A stretch of DNA of 64,000 nucleotides. It comes from Narcine bancroftii. Lineage: Eukaryota. The first letter of the stretch is position 1; each line of letters starts with the position of its first letter. Positions 27,806 to 39,360 of this stretch are shown here, piece after piece. The DNA lies in assembly GCF_036971445.1 (NCBI RefSeq), contig NC_091470.1, forward strand, positions 108,872,001 through 108,936,000, read 5' to 3'. Both the position numbers and the translations under genes were made by a program. Under the pieces are notes generated by a model. It had not been told where the DNA came from and searched no databases. It worked only from the letters and a program-made list of their open reading frames with translations.

Positions 27806-30800
27806 ATGAGTGAGCCTGGGATCAGCGCTATAACTGGAAAACTGTCTGAATTCTGGGTTCAGGAGCCGGAGACCTGGTTTGGCCACGTGGAGGCTCAGTT
27901 TCACCTCCGCCAGATTTCATCCAACACTACCAAATTCTACCATGTGGTCGCTGCCCTGGACCAGGCTACCACCAGACGCGTGCTGCACCTCGTTCAGCAC
28001 CCACCCGCCGAAGACAAATATGAGATCATCAAGCGAGTGCTTACCGGATCCCTCGGACTATCCAGACACCAGCGTGCTGCTTGGATGCTACACCTCAACA
28101 CTCTGAGGGATAGGTCCCCGATGGAGCTGATGGACGAGATGCTCGCACTCATGGGTGAGCACACCAACTGCCCACTCTTCGAGTGCATTTTCCTCAACCA
28201 TATGGCTGGGGTCATCTGGCTGCTGCTGGTCCAATAGAGCTTCACTGACCCGAGGAATGTTACCCAGAAAGCCCAAGAGCTATGGCTCACACGATTCCCG
28301 GAGGGCTCAGCGGTCCAGCAGGTCACAAGACACAGGCACAACCACGCCAAGCCTGCCTCTAATGCTGCGGTAGAGCATCTGGCCCCTGAAGGGGCCCCCA
28401 AGAGCATCATCAAGGCCATAGCATCTGCTCCAGGCCTCTGCTTCTACCACCAGCACTGGGGAGCCAAGGCTCGGAAGTGTCATCAGCCCTGCTTGTTCCA
28501 GGGAAACGACCAGGCTGGGTGGCCAAGGACACAACCTCCTCTACCTGTGGGACTCAGTCAGCGGCCGGTGGTTCCTCATCGACACTGGAGCCCAGATCAG
28601 CGTCATCCTGGCCACAGCCATTGAGTCCAGGAACCAACCTCGTCGACCTCCCCTCCGTGCAGCAACGCAACAGCAATCCGCATGTATGGAGACAAGACAG
28701 TCCATATCCAGATCGGCCAAGAAATTTCGCATGGAGGTTCACCGTCTCGTACATCCTGACTGCCATCCTGGGTGCAGACTTCCTCCTCGCACACGGGTTT
28801 CTGGTGGATATTTGAGGTAGGCGCCTGGTGGATGCCCGTACCTTCCAGGCCGTTCGCTTCGACACCTCCCACTGGGAGCATCTGCAGATGGCTACGATCA
28901 GCATGCCCAGAGATGAGTTCCAGCAAATCCTGAATGAGTTCCCGACACTCCTCAATCCACAGTTCTCCACTGCCTCACTGCGCCATGGGGTGTTCCACCA
29001 CATCACACCCAGGGCCCACTGGTTCACGCCATGGCACTCCGGCTCCTGCCTGATAAGCTCCGATGGCAAAAGAGTTTTCGCACCTGTTGGAACTGGGGAT
29101 CATTCAGTGGTCCGACTGCCCATGGGCTTCACTGCTCCACCTGGTCCTGAAAGCCTCCGGCGGCTGACGTCCCTGCGGAGACTATCGACGGCTCAACGAG
29201 GCAACAGTTCCTGACCGTTACCCCATCCCTCACATCCAAGACTTTATGGCCAACCTGCACGGTAAGAGGGTTTTCTCTAAGATTGACCTGGTGCGCGGAT
29301 ATCACCAGATCCCAGTGCACCCTGAGGACATACCCAAGACAGCCATCATCACCCCCTTTGGGTTGTTCAAATTCTCAAGAACACTGCTCAGATCTTCCAG
29401 CGCCTCATGGACTCTGTGGGCAGGGACTTGGATTTAGTCTTTGTTTATTTGGATGACATCCTCGTCGCCAGCAAGAACTGGTCACAACACAAGGCCCACC
29501 TACGCGCCCTTTTCTCCCGGCTGGCCAATTTCGGCCTTACCATCAACCTGGCCAAGTGCCAGTTCAGGAAAGAGTCCATGCAGTTCCTGGGCCATAGCAT
29601 CACAACCGAAGGAGCCATTCCCGCTGCCGCGAAGGTTGCCGCTATCAGGGAGTTCTCACTTTTACAACTGCTTCATCCTGGGATCTGCACGCATCATGCA
29701 GCCCCTATTCACCTTCATCGCAGCCAAGCATAAAATGCTCACTTGGAGTCCAGAAGCCTGCACTGCATTCGAGGCCACCAAGGACGCCTTCGCGAAGGCC
29801 ACCATGCTTGCCCACGCGCACACCGACCTGTATATGACACTCTCTGTCGATGCCTCTCCCACAGCCATCGGTGCCATCCTGGACCAGCAGGTGAATGGAC
29901 ATTGGAAGCCACTGGAATTCTTCAGCTGCCTGCTCCTCCTGCTGGAACGCAAGTATAGTGCTTTCGACCACGAGTTACTGGGCATATACCTGGCGGTGCA
30001 GCATTTCCGCTATTTTTTGGAGGGGAGGACTTTTACCATCTTCACCGACCACAAACCCCTCACCCAGGTGCTCGTGATGGCAAAGGATCCCTGGTCAGCC
30101 TGCCAGCAGTGTCACCTCTCCTTCATGTTGGAGTTTACCACCGACATTCGGCACAAGACGGGGAAGGACAATGTGGTTGCCGATGCATTCTCACGTCCAG
30201 CCATCTGCGCGCTGACACCCAGCCTCGACTTCGATCAGCTCGCCCGGGACCAGAAGTCTGATGAGGAGATGAGGGCCTTCAAGACTGCCATCAAAGGCCT
30301 GCGGTTCTGAGACCTCCCGACTCCAAGTGGTGAAGACACCATCCTGTGCGATATCTCCATGGGCACCGCATGAACAGTGGTTTCCCAGCAGTTGTGCAGG
30401 CTGCGGAAGCAGATCGCGGGCTGAACCAGAACATGCACCCATTGCCAGATACACCAGGGCGCCCGTACAGGAGTTTGAGCACGTCCGGGAACAGTTCAGC
30501 CACATTCACGTGGACATCGTCGGGCTCACCCATTTCCCAGGGCAACTGTTACCTGTTTATGATAGTGGACCGTACCACTCACTGGCCTGAGGCGATCCCA
30601 ATGCCAGATGCCTCCACCAACTCCTGAGCACTATTGCATGGTTGGGTCTCCCGGTTCAGCATCCCAGGTCACCTCACCAGCGATCGGGGTGCCCAGTTCA
30701 CATCTGCACTCTGGGAACAGCTCGCCAACAGGTTGGGGATCCAGCTACACTGCACCACGGCCTACCACCCGCAGGCCAATGGACTGGTCGAACGTCTGCA

Positions 30801-31240
30801 CCGACCGCTGGAGATTGTGAGGTGCTCCTGGGTATCCGCTCCACTCCCAAGGAAGGCATCATCTGCTGAGCTGGTCTACGGTGCACTGATGGCATTATCT
30901 GGTGAGTTCATCAATGCACCTCACTATCTCCAGCGGTCGCTGCACAAGCTACTTCCTTACCTCAGGGCATGCTTGGACTCGTTCGAACCCCCATCACCAC
31001 CCAGGCATGGCACCCGCCCGTCTCACATTCCCAGCAAACAGCTTTCCGCGGAGTACATTTTCATTCAGTGGGGGCCGACCGCGGCACCTCTGCAGCGACC
31101 GTATGAAGGGCCGTACAGCGTTCCAGCTCCATGTTCACTCTGGACATTGGCGGCAGGCGGGAGCTGTTTACCATGGACAGGCTGAAGCCAGTGCACCTCG
31201 ATCCCACTGAGCCCGTGGTCATTGCCCATCCCAAGAAGTG
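27806..31240 (+). pseudogene. Disrupted gag-pol of the Gypsy element
   Basis: Gag EFWVQEPETWFGHVEAQF with premature TAG at 28235; CHCC knuckle CFYHQHWGAKARKCHQPC 28439-28492; GGGAAAC slippery site 28501-28507; FLIDTGA protease; [12 protein letters not shown] / YLDD RT; SVDAS / FTDHKPL RNase H; LTSDRGAQF / YHPQANGLVER integrase; PYEGPY. Many frameshifts. Confidence 0.9.
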
Positions 31241-31400
31241 AGGCCGCCTGGCAAAAAAAGACATTTTTTGGAGGGGGTCTGTGTGGTGGCTCACCATTAG
31301 GCAGGTGAACCGGCCCCGCTTCTAAGCCACGCAGTGGGGCAGCCAGCCAAAATGGCGCCATCGGGGGTGTTCCCTTCCTCCCAGCATGGGGCTCAGAAGC

Positions 31401-31665
31401 CAGCACCACTAGACTGAGGAACAGCTTCTTCCCACGGGCAGTGACAATGCTGAACAACCAAAGGAACTGCTCACATTCACTACCAAGACTCTCATATTTA
31501 CGAAGCAATCTTTGTTTATTTATTTGCATATATGAACACTTGTCCTGCGTATGTAGTTTGTATGTGAGTTATGTCTGGTTGTGTGTCTGCGTGTTTTTGC
31601 TCTGAGGACCTGAGAGAATGCTGTTTCCTTGGCTTGCGCTTGTTCAGTCAGATGACAATAAATGA
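31401..31665 (+). mobile_element. Rex1/Babar LINE 3' end fused to the truncated 3' LTR
   Basis: Same sequence as LINE 3' ends at 10590-10840 and 48260-48510. Confidence 0.75.
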
Positions 31666-32862
31666 TTTGTTTTCTTCCTTGAGGATCGTTTTTGAAGCAT
31701 TTAAATCACCTGCCAATTCATTCAGCTTCATTTACCATCTCTGGGCAGAAGGCACCCACATTTGTCTTTTTCACATACCTACAGAAGTACTTGCATATTC
31801 TATTTACCTGGTAACCTTCTGCTGAATTCGAAAATGTTCCCAAAGCTCTAGTTTCTTCCTTTTTTCTGGTGACTTTCTGAGTTTCCCTTGGATTTGGATC
31901 TTTGAGATACATCAGTTTTGAGCCCCTTGTAATTATCCTCACTTTGTTTTTTTTTAAACTAATATGAATTTCATGTATTTTCTCATTTGCACTGGACCCT
32001 GGATTCCCTGGTATTTCTGGGATATTGGTGTTGTTCTAAAGGTCTAGAAGGCTCCATTATTGGAACATTTAGAATGTAACTTACATGAAATTCTTTAACT
32101 TTGTCTACCATAAGGAAGACAGAGTTGCCACTTGTCCAGTGTCTCTCCCTGAAATGAGGACCCAGTGATGAATGAACTCGCATCCTCTGGTTCACAAGAC
32201 CCATACTCTAACCACTGAACCTTTGGAGCCTCCTTTAGTGGAGAGCACCAAGTGGAGTCTCCTCCATGTCCTGATGCACACACTCTCCCGAATGGAGACA
32301 CGTGTGCCCCCAATGTTCAGTCTGCTGCTGAACATATTGTGAAACCCTTGACATCCACACAATCTTGTCACACATTCAACATCCAAAACCTGTCCTGTAC
32401 TTTCACAGATCTCCTGTTTCTCACCCTCATTTCCAATTGTAGTGAAGGGACAGAGAACGACTGCAAAATAACTGTGGAACTAGAAGACCCTTTCCATCCA
32501 ACACACAGTATCTTTGAACCACTGTCATCAAGGTGGGTGGTATAGGAGCATCAAAATCAGGACTGCCAGCTGGGGAATAGCTTCTTCCACAGCCCACGAG
32601 ACTGATGAACAGTATCCTGTAACCATGAAATCATCCAAAATATTGATGTATACCCGTACTAATTTTGATTCTTTATGATCTGTGTAGTGTATTTTAGTGC
32701 ACGGTCTGGAGAGATGCAGTTTCTTCAGGTTGTACATGTGCAATCAGATGATAAACTTGAATGCTTTTATTGTGATTCAAACATTATATGCAGGAGACAT
32801 GGCACCCAAATCCCATGACTGAATGTTTCTGCACAGGGAATGAACTGCGTGTTTATTTCATC

Positions 32863-32992
32863 TCATTTCCCAATAGCTTTCCATATGGGACATTCAACAT
32901 TGGGGCTGTCCTTCCTATGGACTCGATATCGACAATTTTCACGATCAAAAATTGCCTCACAGTCTTTTGAGAACTTGACTGGTTTTGTGAAC
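32863..32992 (-). CDS. MSMB: MSMB-A exon 4 (last coding exon; absent from ORF track)
   Basis: Acceptor ctccccag|G; FTKPVKFSKDCEAIFDRENC...ECPIWKAIGK-TGA; polyA signals on minus strand at 32852-32857 and 32766-32771. Confidence 0.93.
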
Positions 32993-35900
32993 CTGGGGAG
33001 GAGATCAGAAATTCAATTCAGTTGCACAGAAAGGACAGATTTAGAAGGAACCCACTCAGATTATGGGGTCCATACTTATTCTGGGTTGGAGCAGGCAGCA
33101 ACACCCACTCCCCCACACTCATCATTGACATTTCAAACATGAATTGAATCTGCCTTCGCCACAGTGCGTGCCAGACCCATTCCACTCGCCACGTGTCTGG
33201 ACGTTTCTATCGGGTAATTGTTCGCTCTCGTCAGTCAGCTTCATCGTGACCTCTCTCTTACCTCCAAAACCTTATTGCTCTGGCTGATCCAAAATCTACC
33301 AAGGAGAACAACTTCAACTTTCCCAGCCTCACCATTCACAGAAATCAAGGATTAAAAACACAGGTGGTGGAGGAACTCAGCAGGTCTCACAGCATCCATA
33401 GTTGGTACATACGAACTGTAATAAGAGCAGGAGACGCTCACCTGGCCCGTTGAGACTGCTCCATCATTCAGTCAAATCACAGCTGATCGAACCATCAGCT
33501 CATCTCCACCTTCATGTCACAGCTGATCTCCACCTACCTGCCTTTTCCCCATGTTCCTTAATTCCTCTACGGAAAAAAAATCTATCCAAACTGGTCTTAA
33601 ATATGTTTACTGAGGTAACCTCTACTGCTTCCATGGGCAGTGAATTCCACAGATTCGCCACCCTCTGAGAAAGCAAACATCTTCACGGTCTGAGTAAAAA
33701 TGTATCACCAACGTTTCAGGTCTGAGCTCTTCCTCAAGGACCTTTACCACAATCACAGCATCTGTACCCTTTTGTGTTTCACACCCCAAGTGATGGCCCC
33801 ATAAGTCAAACCATATTGGCAAAGGATGCCAATGCACCACTCAACTGAAGCCACAAGCTCCCACAAATTGATTGGGAGCCATTCATAATTTGCCTGATTC
33901 CTCACTGACAACCCATCAGATCACACGCTGCAGGTCACAGCGTGCCCAGAGAACAGAACCACTCAAGAGAGAGTGAAACACTAAAGTCTGCAATGTAGTA
34001 AAAACACAGATGTACTGGAGGAACTCAGCAGGTCTTGCAGCACAGAGGCATATCTAGGGCATGGCAGGTGCCCTGGTTGCAAATTGAGTGGGGGGGGGGG
34101 GGTTGCCACTGACAAGTCAGACAAGCCATTCTCAGGTCAAGGAGGAGGAGAAGCAGCAGCATGCACCATTATAACGCTTCAGGTACCATCACAGCTCGGT
34201 GTGTGGCCGCCATGAAGGGAGGGAGGGGAGGAACGAAGGAACTTGGTGCAGATCAGAATGAGCAAAGGTGAGGAAAGGGTCACGGGGTTGGAGTGCTGCC
34301 GGGCCCTAGAGGCAATGGAGCTGTGGTGGGCGGGGGGGAAATATCAGTGCTTGGTGGGCGGGGGGGAAATATCAGTGCTTGCCATAGGTGCTATTTTTCA
34401 TAGATTCACCCCTGTTGCAGAGTCCATAAGAGGTAACGTTATATTACCAATGTTTCTGGCCTGAGCCTTCTTTCAAGGTATTTAGTATTCTAACCCAGTG
34501 GTTCTCAACCTTTCTTTCCCCCCACTCACTTACCACCTTAAGTAATCCCTTTCCACCAGACTTCACTCCATCAAGGACATCTACAAGAGGCGGAGACTTA
34601 AGAAAGCAGCCTCTATCCTCAGGACCCCCACCACCCAGGTCATGCCCTCTTCACTCTGCTACCATCAAGAACTCAGCATCACAAGAACAGCTTCTTCCCC
34701 TTTCCCATCAGATTCCTGAATGATCAATGAACTGCACACACTGCCCTATTTTGACTTTTTGTGCACTATTTTTATTTATTTCTGTAAAGCAGTTAAGAAA
34801 GGTTTGCACTGTCACAAACAATAAAGTTTGCAACTTGTTCAGTAACAATCTGATTGTGATTACTAACCACAGAGCACCTTTGGGATCCTGCCCCACTCCA
34901 ATCCATTCCTCTAGTCTCCCATGACTACACCAATGTTCATGGAGCTGATGTCTTACAGCTCCAACAACCAGTTCACTCCTGACCTCAGGTTTTGCTGGTG
35001 AGTTTGTGAACTTTCTCTGGGTTCACCATACACATAAATCAAGGAGTAAAAACACAGAGATGCTAGAAGATCATCTGGGTGTTGTGGTGAGAAACACAGA
35101 CAGTTACACCTTCGCCTTGTTGTTGAGGGGATTGGTGGAATCTGCATGGGGGTTTGATGGGGATTTTTGGAGAATCAAATGATTTTGGGTTGCATTGGTG
35201 TCAGCACTTATAAACATCAAACTTTTTGGACCACTTTTTTGGGCCAACAAAGGAGAGGAGTCAACGTTTACACAGGTCAAAACTTTGACCTCAATAAGTA
35301 CCAGCGTCATTCAAGGCATTGGGAGTTCAGATGGACGGGTGGCCAGGAGCTCCTGTGACCGGATAACTGAAGGTCCGGTGTCAGGGCATCAGGAGCTTGA
35401 ATGAGCGAGCAGTTGGGTCCAAAAATAATAGGGTCAACTTTTACTTGGTTATGTGGAAAACACAGGATTTTTAGGCCAAAAAAAAAGGGAAGGTTACACA
35501 AGTTGATGGCCAGCAGGGACTCAGCAACCCTATTTGGTTAACACCTGCTATCACTTTACTATTCCCATCCAATGGGATCCCCCCAACAGCCCTCCCCTTC
35601 GACATGCATCCATATCCAGATCCCACATGATACTAGAATCTGGCTCCATTTTGCTTCGAAGGAAGCCCATGGTTTGGGCTGCCCCTTGTGTCACACCCAT
35701 TAATTCCCAATGCAGTGCCAACCCTGCCACTTGCACCCTCCCTGGCATTGGTAACACCCAGATGAAAGGCTCAAGCCCAAAATATCAGTTATGTATCTAT
35801 ACCTGTGCTACATAAATTGTTGGACCTGCAGAGCTTCTCCAGCATTTTGTGTTTTTACCTCAACCACGGTGTCTACAGATTTTCGTGATTTACTATTGAT

Positions 35901-38388
35901 AACACCCATTCGAGTCCTCTGGTGCCGGTTCACGGGTTGGGACCAGATCATGCACGCCATGCGGTTCAGAGCGTGGCGATGGAGGATTGCTTACATCTCA
36001 CAGCAACGGTATCCTTCTTCAAAGCACGTGCACTTCATGCAGTCGTGATTCTTCCAACTGTCTCCTATTTCATGAATCGTCCCATCGGATTTGTCGGTGC
36101 AGCTCGTGAAGTCTCGGGCCTCGCTCAGCTCTGTCGGTGAAAGAGGCAGCTGTTGGTCAGTATCCCAGCAGGGAGCGGTGTGACCCATGGGAGTGGCAGC
36201 GTTGACCCAGTGCTAATGGGATTTAGAAATGAGCCCACACGGGACCTTGGGGGAAAAGAGACAGGTTCTGCCCGGGGGAGGGCAAGTTGCTTAACATCTG
36301 GGACTTGGCTGCACCATCGAGTTTCTCCTGGATTTTTGGAGGCTTCAAATGCAGGAAACTGAAGCAAAACAATCTGCTGGAGGAACTCAGCAATGGTCGT
36401 TTCGGGTCTGAACCCTTTAACAATTGATGCTGCTTGAGCTTCTTCAGTAGATTGGGGCTTTTTTTTTCCACTCAGGGTTTTGTCTTCAGCACCTAACCAA
36501 ACCACCAGCTCCAACCCCAAAGGAATATTGGCATCCGGAGCCCAATCCTGCCTGCCACCACCGGGTGGTTGGGGGGGGGGGGTGGGGGCGCTGAGTCACT
36601 GATTACTATGCAAGCCCTTGGGCCAATTTGATGCCCAGAATTCACCCAGACTGTGGGTTCTGGTTGGAGCCAGTCACTGGTTTGGCTCATTCTCAACCAT
36701 TCCTAGATTGTGGGTTGAGGGGAAGGGGCTGTCATTCTCGCCGGGACCACGACAGCCCTGTGATCGTAAGCCAGTGGCTTCTACAGTTGAGTGTTAACTG
36801 TCGAGTAAACAATGAGAAGACGGGCAGGTCAGGCAGCAGCAGTGGAGAGAAAGGAAGACATTAGAGAAATAGAGAGTCAGCTTTTGGGCTGGAACTCTTC
36901 TTGAATTTCAAACCATTGAGTTCCTCCAGCTTCTTGTTCTATCCTCTAGTTCCCAGCAACTGTAACTTATTGGCTTCTCTTGAGCTACATATCGGTCAGG
37001 TTACAGGAGCATAGAATCAGAGGACACTACAGCACAGAAGCAGGCCCTTTGGCCCATCAGGTCTGTGTCACATAATTCATACTTGGACACAGTTTTGTGT
37101 CATGGCTGGACGACAGGGCAGCACTCTCTCAGCTGTGGATCATCCCTCGCCACTCTCAGACTAACCCATAACACACACGGGAGCAGAAATAGACTATTCA
37201 GCCTATCAAGTCTGCCCCACCATTTAATCATGAGTTGATCCATTCCCCCACTCAGCCCCACAACCTTTGATGCCCTGGTCAATCAAGAACCTATCAATTT
37301 CTATCTTAAATATGCCCAATGACTCAGCCTCCACAACCACCTGTAGCAATAAATTCCACAGATTTACCACCCTCTTGCTGAAGAAATTCCTGTGCATCTC
37401 TGTTCTAAGTGGACAAACTTCAATCCTGAAGTTGTGCCCTCTTGCCCTAGACTCTCCCACCATGGGAAACAACCTTTCTACATTTGCTCTGTCCACGCCT
37501 TTCAACATTCAAAATGTTTCAACGAGACCCCACTCTCATTCTCCTAAATTCCAACAAGTATAGGCCAAAGGCAGTCAATCCTTTCATTCCCAGAATCATC
37601 CTTGTGAATCTCCTCCACACCCTCTCCAGCGTCAGCTCATCTTTTCTTAAATGAGGAGCTCACAATTCTTCAAGTGAGGTCTCACCAATGCGAGATAAAG
37701 CTTCCACATCACATCCCTGCTCTTATATTCTATTCCTCTTGAAATGTATTGCATTTGCCTCCTTCACCACCGACTCAAACTGCAAATTTACCTTCAGGCT
37801 ACCCCGAAGGAGGACTCCCAGATCCCTCTACATCTGGACACCTTCAGTTTTCCCCATTTAGAATGTAATCTGCTCGTTTATTTTTTTTTTCTCCACCAAA
37901 GTGCATGACCGTCCACTTTTTCAACATTGCATTTCATTTGCGACTGCTCTGTCCTTGCTCCTAATCCATCTCCTACAGCCTCCCTGTTTCTTCAACGCTA
38001 CCTTCTCCTCCGCCTGCAAACTTGGCCATCATCAACATATAAAAAGAGGCAGCCAGCCATCCCCGAATGATCCCTGTATTCTGACCGAGTGACAAGAGGG
38101 GAGGCAGGGCCGCCTAGTGTTAGCGCTGAGCTGCGAGGGTGATGGTCGCCCAGATCAGGCTGAGAGTGGAGTCTCGGACTACCAAAGTCATCGCCTTCCT
38201 CCTTGGAATACATGTAGCAGGCGGATTCCGACAGCGGGACAGCGGGAAGCAGCAGAACGATGCACACCAGGAGTGTCTGCAGAAGAAGGGGGAGAAAGAG
38301 TTAGGTCACCGAAAACCATGCAAGGAACGGCACGCAAAAGCTCATCCGTACATACCATGACCATCCCGAGCAGGCTGGTTCCTCCCAT
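32863..38388 (-). CDS. MSMB: Beta-microseminoprotein (PSP94/MSMB family) paralogue A; complement join(38356..38388, 38183..38276, 35995..36130, 32863..32992); 130 aa from the first ATG
   Basis: Spliced product MGGTSLLGMVM-TLLVCIVLLLPAVPLSESACYMYSKEEGDDF-E-LSEARDFTSCTDKSDGTIHEIGDSWKNHDCMKCTCFEEGYRCCE-M-FTKPVKFSKDCEAIFDRENCRYRVHRKDSPNVECPIWKAIGK*. Signal peptide plus 10 Cys in the PSP94 pattern (W-x4-CxxCxC-x6-CC); GT-AG introns in phases 0, 1, 2; AATAAA after the stop. Which of three in-frame ATGs in exon 1 is used is unknown. Confidence 0.93.
34043..34414. mobile_element. hAT-type MITE nested in a Penelope-derived repeat, MSMB-A intron 3
   Basis: Ends CAGAGGCATATCTA / TAGATTCACCCCTG; flanks TTGCAGCA / TTGCAGAG; host repeat resumes afterwards. 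Confidence 0.6.
35995..36130 (-). CDS. MSMB: MSMB-A exon 3
   Basis: cctctttcaccgacag|AG ... TGTGAGAT|gtaagc; encodes SCTDKSDG...WKNHDCMKCTC...YRCCE. Confidence 0.93.
37170..38065 (-). mobile_element. CR1 LINE 3' fragment in MSMB-A intron 2
   Basis: ORF 37224..37508 LFPMVGESRARGHNFRI...RNFFSKRVVNLWNLL is the CR1 ORF2 C-terminus. Confidence 0.85.
38183..38276 (-). CDS. MSMB: MSMB-A exon 2 (signal peptide and Cys1)
   Basis: ctttctcccccttcttctgcag|ACA ... TTTG|gtagtc; the donor is weak but phase-compatible with exon 3. Confidence 0.88.
38356..38388 (-). CDS. MSMB: MSMB-A exon 1 coding part
   Basis: ATG...GTCATG|gtatgt; 79-nt intron 1; phase 0 as in mammalian MSMB. Confidence 0.8.
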
Positions 38389-38432
38389 CGTCGGAGCGGG
38401 ACCACCTCTGTCCTGGAGACACTGGCCGCTGT

Positions 38433-38446
38433 CTTTTTAACCCTCC
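38433..38446 (-). promoter_or_regulatory. TATA-like box of MSMB-A
   Basis: GGAGGGTTAAAAAG ~45 nt upstream of the first ATG; positionally homologous to GGAGGGATAAAA in gene B. Confidence 0.6.
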
Positions 38447-38929
38447 AATTTCGCTGCCAAACCGGTCTCACGACCCTGCTGACGCTGCCTGTGTCCCTTC
38501 CAATCAACTTAATGTCGAGGCCGTCAGCTCATTGGTCAGATGTCGTCCCATCGGAAGATTTGTCCCAATGCTTTGAAAACCAATGGAGTAGATCACCTGC
38601 CCACCTCCCAAATAGGCATCCCTGGAAAATCTCATTGGAATCTGGAAGTCGCATTTAATCACCTAGTTACCCGTTGCCCTGAAATTACAAACGTGTTTCT
38701 CTCGAATTCATCCAAACACGTGGCGAAGACTGGTGCAACCAAACTGGATATTTTATACTTTCACCCGGGAGCGCATAATGTGTCGTCGGTGTGGGGTGGT
38801 CGAAAAATTGAAAGGACCTCTCACTTGCAGGGACTTTGCACCCATTGCTTCTTGGTTACAAGCCGTGCAACTCAGTCTTTATCCCCCTGCGGGGCAATAA
38901 TGTCCGAAAAAAGAGGTTTCCAATGAGAT

Positions 38930-39360
38930 TTTTTTTAAAAAACCCACAATGGTGGAGAAACTTAGCAGGTCTAACTTTGGGTTTCGGGCTTGAGCCCTTC
39001 ATCAAGTTACCTTAATTTTTAAATTTAGATCCAGACATGCAGCAGGGTAACACGTCATTTTGGCCCATGAGTCCGTACCGCCTAATTTACACCCCATTAA
39101 ACGACCCCGAGTCAGTTTCGAAAGGAGGGAGGAAGCCGGAGCCCCGGGGGAAACCACGCAGAAACGGGTAGAACGGACCCTTCCAGACCCCTCGGGATTC
39201 GAACCCCCGCCAAGGACACTAACCACTACCCAACCATGCCCGCCCACTTGATGAAGGACTCAAGCCCTAAACGTCGGTTATGTATCTTTGCTTACATAAA
39301 GTTTGACCAGATGAGTTTCTCCAGTGTTGTTTTTAATTCAACCACGGTGTCTGCAAACTC
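38930..39360. mobile_element. Penelope-derived short repeat with inverted arms, split by a V-SINE (family has many copies across the window)
   Basis: Arms ...GGGCTTGAGCCCTTCATCAAGT and ACTTGATGAAGGACTCAAGCCC... face each other; the recurring motif AATGCTGGAGGAACTCAGC(A/C)GGTC also abuts GIY-YIG-like Penelope remnants at 56460-56760. Confidence 0.65.

Larger units (their letters stand above)
27469..31400 (+). mobile_element. Ty3/Gypsy LTR retrotransposon, CsRn1-type, decayed, 3' LTR truncated
   Basis: 5' LTR TG...CA 27469-27765 with AATAAA; PBS TGGTGACCCCGAC 27768-27780 (tRNA-Trp type); gag from 27806; PR-RT(YLDD)-RH-IN order; PPT ~31269-31277; 3' LTR 31282-31400 matches the start of the 5' LTR. 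Confidence 0.93.

Noticed and set aside
32788-32970. Plus-strand ORF MQETWHPNPMTECFCTG as a third MSMB copy
   Set aside because: It is antisense to MSMB-A exon 4 and its 3' UTR and lacks the CxxCxC...CC pattern.
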